Shown: piece by piece, positions 30,189 to 38,550 of the stretch
Numbering within the stretch: the first letter of the stretch is position 1
Layout: each line of letters begins with the position of its first letter
NCBI GenBank assembly: GCA_963833095.1
Contig: CAWHWQ010000008.1
Span: 32,001-96,000 of the forward strand
Length of the DNA: 64,000 nucleotides
Direction of reading: 5' to 3'
Origin: Vulcanimicrobiota bacterium
Lineage (GTDB): Bacteria; Vulcanimicrobiota; Vulcanimicrobiia; Vulcanimicrobiales; Vulcanimicrobiaceae
Notes under the pieces: generated by a model
The model's database searches: none
Told to the model about the DNA's origin: nothing
The model's input: only the letters and a program-made list of their open reading frames with translations
Made by a program: the position numbers and the translations under genes

Positions 30189-30638
30189 CTAGCCCACCAA
30201 GTGGGCGTTGATCTGCGCAACGAGCGGCGCTTCGCCGGCGAGTTCGACCACCTCGACGCCGGCTTCGGCTAAAACCTCAGCACCACGGCCTTCCACAAAA
30301 ACCGACGGCTCTCGCATCGCAAAGACCACTCTTGGGATTCCGGCCTCGAGAATTCTCGCGGTACACGCGCGCAGCCCCGAACCGCGTACGCTGCACGGTT
30401 CGAGCGACGTGTAAAGCGTGCTGCCTTGCAAATCGACCCGTAGCTCGAGCGCTTTTTCGATCGCAACTTGCTCGGCGTGCCATTGCGCGCCGCGTTCACG
30501 GCTGTAACCGGTCGTCAAAGTCGTACCGTCGGCGGCCGCGATAATCGAGCCGACCGAGAAGGCCGTGTTCGACGCCGGTGCGTTTCGCGACAAAGCGATC
30601 GCCTCGCGGAGCAGCCGCTGATCGCGCGCGTCGATCAT
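30189..30638 (-). CDS. Zn-dependent deaminase (RibD N-terminal/cytidine deaminase fold)
   Basis: AFSVG, HAE, SLEPCS...C, GIPRVVFA.REP. Confidence 0.9.
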   Translation of the reverse strand: MIDARDQRLLREAIALSRNAPASNTAFSVGSIIAAADGTTLTTGYSRERGAQWHAEQVAIEKALELRVDLQGSTLYTSLEPCSVRGSGLRACTARILEAGIPRVVFAMREPSVFVEGRGAEVLAEAGVEVVELAGEAPLVAQINAHLVG

Positions 30639-31252
30639 GCGCTGGGATGCTCGTAGTCGAGTACCGCCATATCTCCGAGCGCTCGCACGCGCGCAAGCGC
30701 GAGGCGGTGGCGAGCATCGTTGAGAAACGATGCCGCGTTGACTAGGCGCGGCGCACCGGCATCGCCGACAAAGAACGGAGCAATCGCCAGACGCAGACGA
30801 TCGAATGTTCCGCTAGCGAGAAATGCGGTGAGAATGCGCGTGCCGCCCTCGACGAAGAGCGAGCGCACGCCGCAGTCCGTCAAGGCCGCAATGATCGAGG
30901 AGGGCTCGAAGCTCTCGATTCCGATTATTTCGGCATGACTGCCGAACCGCGTGCGCAGCTTCTCGACGCGGTCGCGTGCGGTCAAGACGATCGTCCGCGC
31001 GCTCCCGTCGAAAAAATTTAGCGACGGATCGAAGTCGCCCGACGCCGTTACGGTGACGCGCGCGGCTGATCCACTACGCAGCGACGGGTTGTCGCGCCGC
31101 ACGGTTTCGGCCCCGACGAGAATCGCGTCACTTTCCTCGCGCGCAAGGCGCATCTCGGCGAGGTCCTCGGGGCTCGAGAGAACGAGGCGTTGGGACGAAC
31201 GATCGTCGATATAGCCATCCAGCGAGATCGCGACCGATATGTGAACGCGCAC
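30635..31252 (-). CDS. RibD C-terminal (DHFR-like) reductase
   Basis: VAISLDGYID, DAILVGAETVRRDNPSL, LFVEGG, IAPFFVG; TGA overlaps the deaminase ATG. Confidence 0.88.
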   Translation of the reverse strand: MRVHISVAISLDGYIDDRSSQRLVLSSPEDLAEMRLAREESDAILVGAETVRRDNPSLRSGSAARVTVTASGDFDPSLNFFDGSARTIVLTARDRVEKLRTRFGSHAEIIGIESFEPSSIIAALTDCGVRSLFVEGGTRILTAFLASGTFDRLRLAIAPFFVGDAGAPRLVNAASFLNDARHRLALARVRALGDMAVLDYEHPSA

Positions 31253-31254
31253 CC

Positions 31255-32404
31255 TGCGCCGTTCGATGACGGTACGTAGCTGCGCCTGCGTTTCGTCGAT
31301 GAGCGTCGCGGGATGCGGGGCGTCTCCCCTGGCGCCGAACACCGCGCGGTGCAGGCGAACCGGCGGCGCGACGCGCTCGAGCTGGGCCAGATGATGCTCG
31401 CAGATCGTGGTCGCCGGTGCCGCGGACGACGTCGCGCAGGGCGGCTCGCGCGTCAGCGACACGCCGCCGCACCAGAAGCTCGGTGCGAATCGGGTACACG
31501 AACCACGTCGCGACGATCGCGCACAGGGCGCCAATGACAATGCACAGCACGCGCACGGCAAAGAGCGGGCCCGGATCCGTCGCCTTGCGAGCCTTGCAAG
31601 AGCGCGAAGATCAGCGTCGCGCACGCCGCCCAATAGGCGTAGTTGACCGTACGCAGCCAGATGCCGAAGAAGAGTACGACGAAGATGACCGCTGCGCTGA
31701 CGGTACCGTTTGGCATTGCGACGCGCGAAAGAATGGCGGCGATCAGCGTCCCGCCGATCGCACCACCAACGCGCAGCAGACCTTTGTAGATCGCATCGCC
31801 GCGCCCAACCGCGCCGCTGCAGACGATGAACGCCGTCAACACGACCCACGACCAATGCTGCGGAAAGGCGAACATCCCGATCGCAAACGCCAGCGCCAGC
31901 GCGACCAGCATCTGCAGCGCCATCCGCGTGGGGACCGTCATGCGATGCGCTGCACCGCGGACGTACACACGAAGGCGATGGCACCGGCAAGTATCACGAG
32001 CAGCGCGCCGAGCCAAAGCTGGCCGCTGTCGACGTGCACCGGGACGACGAGCATCGCGATGAAGGGAAGCGCGATCGTTCGTCCGATTGCGCTGCCGCGC
32101 TCGCCGAAATTTCGCAACCAAATCGAGAGTGCGATGCCGGCGCAAAATAGCGCGGCACCGAGGGCGCGGCGCAACGCGGAACGCTACGCCGACAAGCCCG
32201 GCCGCAAGCGCGACTGCGGGTAACACGACCAATCCGCGCGCGAGTGCGCGCGGATCGAGGTGCTCGGGGCGGCGCGAGAGTCCAACCGCAAGCGCCGCCG
32301 CAAGAATCGCCGGCGACGGATTCACGCCCAGACGAAGACAGATCGCGTACATCACCCCGAAGCTCGCCAGCACGCCGGCGATCGGCAACGAGGGCGCTTT
32401 TCAC
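31255..32404 (-). CDS. FUSC-family membrane protein; several frameshifts, 3' end uncertain
   Basis: TRMALQMLVALALAF, HWSWVVLTAFIVCSG..GRGD..YKG..R..GA..GT, YAYWAAC.T. Confidence 0.75.
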
Positions 32405-33647
32405 GCGAAGGCGGGTTCCACGCGCGGATGGCGCGCGATCGCAAGGACGATCGTGCTTGCGACTAAACAGAGGATGCCGCTCGTGATGAAGGCTTGATCG
32501 TAGGTGCCCGTCAGCGTGCGCGCCCAGCCGGCGCCGAGCGCAACCGCGCCTGCACCGAGTTGATGCGATGCAGCGATCCATCCGAAGACGACCGGCGCGC
32601 GCTCGCGACCGAACGCCGCCGTCGTCAGGCGCAGTGTCGGCGGAACCGTCGCGATCCAATCGAGTCCGTAGAAGACCGCAAATGCGGGCAACCCGATCGC
32701 GGCGATACCGAACGCATACGGCAAGAAGATGAGCGAGAGTCCGCGCAGACCGTAGTACCAGAAGAGCAACCAGCGCGCATCGAAACGATCCGAGAGCCAG
32801 CCTGACGCGGTCGTGCCGAGGAGATCGAACAAGCCCATCGCCGCGAGCAATCCCGCCGCGTGCGTTTCCGGTATTCCGTGATCGCCGCACGCCGGCACCA
32901 AGTGCGTTCCGATCAATCCGTTCGTGCTCGCTCCGCAAATGAAGAACGATCCGGCCAGCAGCCAAAAGGTTCGCGTGCGCGAGGCGCTCGCCGAGCACGC
33001 TAAAGGCTTCGCGAGTGGATTGCGCTTATGCGTCGGCGCGGGCTCGATGACGTCGCCGCCCCAGGGCGGGATGCCGACGTCGACCGGCCGCTCGCGCAGA
33101 AAGAACCAAGCGAACGGAATGAGCGCGAGGGCGACAATAGCGAGAACGATTGCGGAGTTGCGCCAGCCGCCGTGATCGATCAGCACGCCGAACATCGGCA
33201 AAAAGACGAGCTGGCCGGTCGCGTTACCGGCGCTGAAGATGCCGATGACCAGTCCGCGCTGGGTTACGAACCAACGATTGGCAATCGTCGCGCCCATCGC
33301 AAGCGCCAGGCAACCGACGCCGATGCCGGCCGCGGCGCCCAGAGCAGCAGTTGCCAGGCGCTGTCGATTCGCGTGAGCGCAAGCATTGCAGCCGCCAACA
33401 ACGCGATCGCCACAACCGCGGTCTTGCGAACACCGTAACGCTCCATCGCGGCTGCTGCAAACGGTCCGGTGAGACCATAGAGCGCGATCTGCAGTGCCAG
33501 CGCGTTCGAAATGACGCCGTCGCTCCAGCCGAATTCATTTTCGAACGGGCGCACGTACATCGTGGGAACCGAACGAACACCGGCGGCGGCAACCAAAAGT
33601 ACGAACGTGACCCCCGCAACAAGGAGCGGGTAATACGAGCGCTTCAC
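32401..33647 (-). CDS. MFS transporter (YbfB/YcxA-like); frameshift at about 33320
   Basis: MERYGVRK, ANRWF..RGLV.G, FFICGASTNGLIGTH, SGWLSDRFD, VFGWIAASHQLG. Confidence 0.9.
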
Positions 33648-33678
33648 AAGCCCTTCAACCCGCGGTAGAATCGGCAGG

Positions 33679-35109
33679 ATGCGCGACGCGCGCTGGACAT
33701 CACTCTACGTCCTTTGCATCGGCATGCTGATGATCGTTCTCGATATCACGGTCGCGAACGTCGCTTTGCCGTCTATTCAGCACGATCTCGGGTTTTCCCA
33801 ATCCACCCTCGCGTGGGTGATCAACGCCTATCTCATTGCCTTTGCGGGGTTGCTCCTGCTCTCGGGGCGCTTGGGCGATCTGTTTGGCGGAAAGCGCATT
33901 TTCGTCATCGGTCTCGGCCTTTTCACCGCATCGTCGCTACTCTGCGGAATTGCATGGAGCGCTCCTGCCCTCGTCGCGGCGCGCTTTGCGCAAGGCGTCG
34001 GCGGCGCGATGGCATCGGCGGTGATTCTGGCGATGATCGTGACCGCATTCCCGCAAGCGGGCGAACGCGCGCGAGCGATCGGCGTATTCAGCTTCACCGC
34101 ATCGGCGGGTGGTTCGGTCGGATTGTTGCTGGGTGGTGCGATCACACAAACGCTGGGTTGGCACTGGGCGTTTCTGGTGAACGTACCGATCGGGATCATC
34201 ACGATTGCTCTTGGGCTACGCTATATCGTCGCGCCGCCAGGCATCGGCTGGCGAGAGGGCGCCGACGTTATCGGCGCGGTGACGATCACCGCATCGCTCA
34301 TGCTCGGCGTTTATGCCGTGGTCCAGGTTCCGATGGTTGGAATCGCGTCACCGTCCGTGCTTATCTGCGGCACGCTTTCGCTGCTGCTCTTCGCGACTTT
34401 TCTCGGGCGACAGGTAAGCGCGAAGAAGCCGCTCGTCCCGCTGAGTTTGTTCCGCTCGCGCAACATTGCGGGGGCAAACGTATTGGAGATGCTGCTGAGT
34501 GCCGGGTTATTCGGTTTCTTCTTTCTCGATGCACTTCTGTTGAGGAGAACGCTCAACTACGGCCCGTTTGAAACCGGCCTCGCGTTTTTGCCCCTCACGA
34601 TTACCAGCGGCGCGCTCTCCCTCGGTTGGGCCGAGCGCCTGGTCACGGCGTTTGGCGCGCGCCGCGTGCTTATCGTAGGAAGCGTTCTCGCGTTCGCTGG
34701 ATTGCTGGCGCTCACGCTCGTACCGTCGGACGCTAACTACCTTGCATCGACCTTCCCAGCGATGGTCCTCATTGGTGTCGGGATGGGTGCCGCGTTTCCA
34801 CCGTTGATGATGTTCGCGATGTCCGGCACGACCGAAGCAGACGCCGGCGTCGCATCGGGCGTGCTTGCAACGTCGTCGGAAGTCGGCGGTGCGGTCGGCC
34901 TCGCCATCCTCGCAACCATCGCGACGATCGGCGGTTTTCGCGTGGCCTTCGCGGCGGCCACAGCATGTGTCGCCGTCGCAATCGCGGTAGCAGCAACCGC
35001 GCTCGATCGCGACGCGGCGTCAGATGCCGGTGATAACGAACACCGTCACGATTCCGAGCGCGCAGAGGACCACGACGGCGACGTAAGCGTTGCGTACGGA
35101 GAGCCGTGA
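33679..35109 (+). CDS. DHA2 (EmrB/QacA) MFS efflux transporter
   Basis: LDITVANVALP.I, WVINAY, GRLGDLFGGKR, WAFLVNVPIG; -10 TAGAAT 7 nt before the ATG. Confidence 0.93.
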   Translation: MRDARWTSLYVLCIGMLMIVLDITVANVALPSIQHDLGFSQSTLAWVINAYLIAFAGLLLLSGRLGDLFGGKRIFVIGLGLFTASSLLCGIAWSAPALVAARFAQGVGGAMASAVILAMIVTAFPQAGERARAIGVFSFTASAGGSVGLLLGGAITQTLGWHWAFLVNVPIGIITIALGLRYIVAPPGIGWREGADVIGAVTITASLMLGVYAVVQVPMVGIASPSVLICGTLSLLLFATFLGRQVSAKKPLVPLSLFRSRNIAGANVLEMLLSAGLFGFFFLDALLLRRTLNYGPFETGLAFLPLTITSGALSLGWAERLVTAFGARRVLIVGSVLAFAGLLALTLVPSDANYLASTFPAMVLIGVGMGAAFPPLMMFAMSGTTEADAGVASGVLATSSEVGGAVGLAILATIATIGGFRVAFAAATACVAVAIAVAATALDRDAASDAGDNEHRHDSERAEDHDGDVSVAYGEP

Positions 35110-35367
35110 TTCTTGACCTTGGACCAACGCTCGCTCAACCGAAGCGTAGCGGTAGCCGCCGAAGATCGCAATCGCGATGCCCGCGAAGATCATGAGTATT
35201 CCCAGAGTTGCCGAGATTGGGCTCGCATGCTCGTCCACGCCTTTATTCGCCGCTAACTCGCGTACGAAGAGGCCGAAGCGCGCAACGACGAAGCCGAAGC
35301 CAATCGCTGCAAATGCGGTTCGAAGATAGGCGAGAAAGGTGCGCTCGTTAGCGAGCTGATCTCTCAC
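35020..35367 (-). CDS. DUF202 (YidH-like) membrane protein
   Basis: RDQLANERTFLAYLRT. Confidence 0.9.
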   Translation of the reverse strand: MRDQLANERTFLAYLRTAFAAIGFGFVVARFGLFVRELAANKGVDEHASPISATLGILMIFAGIAIAIFGGYRYASVERALVQGQESRLSVRNAYVAVVVLCALGIVTVFVITGI

Positions 35368-35741
35368 GTTACGGTGTTCGTCAGCGCATCGAGCGCGTGA
35401 TCCATCGCTTCAATGCGCGCATCCATTCCGGTCACGCCGTACCGCGAGGCGATCTCCGACATCGGCACGTAGGTGACGTTCACGCTTTTGCCGTCTTCCC
35501 ACACCAGCAGTTTGAGCGGAAGATCGAGCGCAACCAGTGGGAACGCGTCCATGAGCGGCGTTCCGCCCTTGGGATTTCCAAAGACGATCAGCGTCGTCGG
35601 CCGCAGCGTCATACCAACGCCTTGCGCGGCTGCGGCTTGATCGATCGTCGCGAAGATCGTGTTGCCGCCCGCGACGATCGCCGTCGAAAGCTGCGTCACC
35701 GTCTCCGCGAATGCGCGGCGGCTCTGCTTGGTCGTAGCCAT
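35364..35741 (-). CDS. DUF302 family protein
   Basis: IFATIDQ..AA..VG, LIVFGNPKGGT.LM, LDLPLKLLVWE. Confidence 0.9.
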   Translation of the reverse strand: MATTKQSRRAFAETVTQLSTAIVAGGNTIFATIDQAAAAQGVGMTLRPTTLIVFGNPKGGTPLMDAFPLVALDLPLKLLVWEDGKSVNVTYVPMSEIASRYGVTGMDARIEAMDHALDALTNTVT

Positions 35742-36058
35742 TAGTTCTTGATCGTGACTCGAAAAACGTTCGGCTTTTCTCGCTGCAGCGTGCAGACGTT
35801 CTCTTTGTTCACCGCCAACCGCGCTTCCCAGACGTCGCTGCTGGGCCACATCGAGAGCTGGCAATACCCTTTTCCCGGCCCCCTCACGTTGGGCGCGATA
35901 CTCCAGCTCCCGCTGCCCGAGCAGAGATTCTGCCCCTGGGCGTTGGTGACGCAGGGGCCCGTGAACGGATTCACCGAGGGCGTAACCTGCGCATTCGTAC
36001 CGTGGACGACGAGATAACCATACGTGAGTGCAGCGATAAGAAGTGAATGCATCCACAT
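35741..36058 (-). CDS. Small, probably secreted four-Cys hypothetical protein
   Basis: Hydrophobic N-terminus and four Cys; TAA overlaps the DUF302 ATG. Confidence 0.55.
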   Translation of the reverse strand: MWMHSLLIAALTYGYLVVHGTNAQVTPSVNPFTGPCVTNAQGQNLCSGSGSWSIAPNVRGPGKGYCQLSMWPSSDVWEARLAVNKENVCTLQREKPNVFRVTIKN

Positions 36059-36074
36059 GGGGTTCAATTGCGGC

Positions 36075-37001
36075 TTACACGTTCACCTGTTGCTCGAAGT
36101 AGGTGCCTTGCTCGAGGTCTTGCAGCAGCGTCCGGTGTGTCGGATTCCATCCGAGCCGTTCGCGCGTAAGGCGGCTCGAATTCGGAGCGTCCATCGCAAC
36201 GAAGCGCCCCATGCGTCCGAAGTGCTCATCGGCTTCCTCGGCGGGCACCGAGACGATAGGCAGGTTCAGGTTTTTTCCGATCGCAATAGCGATATCGCGA
36301 AACGGGACGCCCTCCTCGGCTGATCCGTGAAGCCGCGAACCAGCTGCCGCTTTTTCAAGTGCCAAGCGGAAGAGCACGGCGGCGTCGAGCCGATGCACTG
36401 CGGGCCAGCGGTTTGATCCGTCACCCACATACGCTGAGGTACCCTTGGCGCGGGCTATGCCGATCAAGCCGGGGACGAAGCCCTTATCGCCGTCGCCGTG
36501 GACCGATGGGGGAAGGCGCACGACCGACGAGCGAACGCCGGTCCCCGCCATCGCCAAGGTTACGACTTCCGATGCGTTGCGAGGCGACGCCGGATCGCCC
36601 GCGTCGTCTTCGGTTCCCAGCCGCCCGGGTGTCAGGCCCAGGAGTCCCGAGGTGATGACCAGCGGACGATTGGACCCGGCCAGCACTTCGCCCATCGCCT
36701 CGATCGCGCGCCGATCCGCTTCGGCCGCTGCCATAAACAAGGCGAAGAAATCGCCGTCCGCGGCATGCAGCCAGTCATGGTTGTATCCGGCGTGAATCAC
36801 GCCGTCGGATGCCTGCGCGCCACGTTTGAGGCTGTCAAGATCCTCGAGCGGGCCGCGTTGCACAGCGACCCCCTTGGCCTCAAGCGCCGCGGCGGAAGCA
36901 TCCGAGCGAGCAAGACCGACCACGTGGTGCCCCGCACCGGTTAATTCATTCACGATGGCCGAGCCGATAAATCCGGTCGCGCCGGTTACAAAAACTCTCA
37001 T
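36075..37001 (-). CDS. Extended SDR / NAD-dependent epimerase-dehydratase
   Basis: VFVTGATGFIG, VRLPPSVHG, WPAVHRLDAA. Confidence 0.93.
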   Translation of the reverse strand: MRVFVTGATGFIGSAIVNELTGAGHHVVGLARSDASAAALEAKGVAVQRGPLEDLDSLKRGAQASDGVIHAGYNHDWLHAADGDFFALFMAAAEADRRAIEAMGEVLAGSNRPLVITSGLLGLTPGRLGTEDDAGDPASPRNASEVVTLAMAGTGVRSSVVRLPPSVHGDGDKGFVPGLIGIARAKGTSAYVGDGSNRWPAVHRLDAAVLFRLALEKAAAGSRLHGSAEEGVPFRDIAIAIGKNLNLPIVSVPAEEADEHFGRMGRFVAMDAPNSSRLTRERLGWNPTHRTLLQDLEQGTYFEQQVNV

Positions 37002-37046
37002 GAGCGCTATGCTAGAGCCTTATCGTGGTAACGAAAAGCCGTGGGG

Positions 37047-37061
37047 TTATACCGGTATAAT
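37047..37061. promoter_or_regulatory. Perfect 14-bp palindrome TTATACCGGTATAA overlapping TATAAT, between the divergent SDR and XRE genes
   Basis: Palindrome at 37047..37060; TATAAT at 37056..37061. Confidence 0.65.
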
Positions 37062-37905
37062 GATTAACAGGCAGAGCGCGGTGCCGGAGCAGGAAGAGAA
37101 TCTGCTTGGGAATTTCTTGAAGGATCGCCGCACCAAGCTCGATGCCGCTCGCTTCGGCTATGCGTCGACGAGAAGGCGTACGCCCGGCTTACGGCGCGAA
37201 GAAGTTGCGCAGCGCGCCGGCGTGAGCACCACCTGGTATACGTGGCTGGAGCAAGGGCGCGGCGGAGCACCCTCCGCCGATGTGCTCGAACGACTGGCTG
37301 ATGCGCTCGCGCTGAGCGAGGTCGAGCGCGAGCATCTTTTCTTGCTCGCGCAAAACCGGCCGCCGGAAGTGCGTCATCACGACGTCGAAGCCGTTTCGCC
37401 GCAACTGCAGCGCATTCTCGACGCGATGGAGTATAGCGCCGCGTACATCAAAACAGCGGAATGGGACATCCTTGCTTGGAATCGCGCGGCCACCGTCGTG
37501 TTTCGCGACTTGATGGCGCTTCCGGACGATCAGCGCAATCTCTTGCGCGTGGTCTTCGATCCGCGCGCTCGAGCGGCGATACTCCACTGGGAAAGCGTCG
37601 CACAATTCGTAGTAGCGACATTCCGAACCGAAATTGCGAGAATCGGGGTCTCCGCGCGCGCCAAGGCGCTGATCGATGAGTTACATCTATCGTCCGCGGA
37701 ATTTCGAGCATTGTGGCGCAGCCATGACATCCGCGCGCACGGCGAAGGAACGAAATACATTGCGCATCCGACCGCCGGATTGGTCACCTTCGAATATTCG
37801 GCTTTTGCAATCGACGGTCAACCACAGCTGAGCATGATCGTCTACAACCCGGCGACACCGAAGGATAAAGCCGCCGTTGCAGCGCTCATCGAAGCGCTAC
37901 CGTAA
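37060..37905 (+). CDS. XRE HTH regulator with MmyB-like ligand-binding domain (start at ATG 37060 or GTG 37081)
   Basis: RRRTPGLRREEVAQRAGVSTTWYTWLEQGR, WDILAWN, FRALW..HD. Confidence 0.93.
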   Translation: MINRQSAVPEQEENLLGNFLKDRRTKLDAARFGYASTRRRTPGLRREEVAQRAGVSTTWYTWLEQGRGGAPSADVLERLADALALSEVEREHLFLLAQNRPPEVRHHDVEAVSPQLQRILDAMEYSAAYIKTAEWDILAWNRAATVVFRDLMALPDDQRNLLRVVFDPRARAAILHWESVAQFVVATFRTEIARIGVSARAKALIDELHLSSAEFRALWRSHDIRAHGEGTKYIAHPTAGLVTFEYSAFAIDGQPQLSMIVYNPATPKDKAAVAALIEALP

Positions 37906-37911
37906 CCACCG

Positions 37912-38550
37912 TTACTTACACTTCGTATCGCCGGAGAACATCCCGGCAACACATTCTTCGTTGCGCTGCATCGCTTGGGCCGCGGCGTTAATCTCGTGAT
38001 TCAGCTGGGCCAATGACTGGAGCGTCTCACTTAGCCGCGTCACCGCGCGATCGCGATGGACGCCAAAATCACCGCGCGCTGTTTGCACCTCGTCGCTCAA
38101 CGCAGCGAGCCTCGTCTGATAAGCACGCATTGCTGAGGCCCCCGCTTCGATGGCGCCAAAATTCCAACTCTGCTGGCCGCTTTTTCGCAGCATCCCCATA
38201 TTCATCTGAGGCAGTACCTGCTCGTTCGGCGCGTTGTATTGCGAGGATGCGGATATCGCTTGGAGCGCCTGGTGAAGTTCGTGCAGTGCGGCGCGCATGT
38301 TGTCGCTCGTGCGCTGCAAGCTAGCGTTGACTTGCGTTCCGGCCTGACCTCGAAGGTGAACGGCGATTTCCGAACCGGTCGTCTCGATCTGCCCGCCCAC
38401 TTGAGCGATTTCACTGGTGAGTCGGTCAAAATTTGCGGCATTCGCGGCAGACGCCGCGGGGTCGGTCTTCATGTCCGCCGCGCAAGTCGGCACCGGGACA
38501 AAGAATGCGGCTATGGCCAGCACACCAACGAAAAGATAAAGAGGCTTCAT
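37912..38550 (-). CDS. Signal peptide plus CFP-10(EsxB)-like and ESAT-6(EsxA)-like tandem WXG100-derived fusion, 212 aa
   Basis: ADMKTD..A..A.NFDR...Q.ETT...RGQAGT...QY resembles CFP-10; QQSWNFGAIEAGASA...DE and AQAM..E..VAGMF resemble ESAT-6 (compared with sequences recalled from memory); ATG overlaps the upstream TGA. Confidence 0.82.
   Translation of the reverse strand: MKPLYLFVGVLAIAAFFVPVPTCAADMKTDPAASAANAANFDRLTSEIAQVGGQIETTGSEIAVHLRGQAGTQVNASLQRTSDNMRAALHELHQALQAISASSQYNAPNEQVLPQMNMGMLRKSGQQSWNFGAIEAGASAMRAYQTRLAALSDEVQTARGDFGVHRDRAVTRLSETLQSLAQLNHEINAAAQAMQRNEECVAGMFSGDTKCK

Noticed and set aside
30635..31990. Apparent FUSC/RibD-reductase fusion
   Set aside because: No stop is visible before the reductase, but the FUSC gene carries several indels, so the junction cannot be trusted without reads.
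35020..35109. 90-nt convergent overlap between the DHA2 and DUF202 genes as a regulatory feature
   Set aside because: The DHA2 tail is simply the antisense of DUF202 codons and could come from a lost stop or an indel; no independent support.
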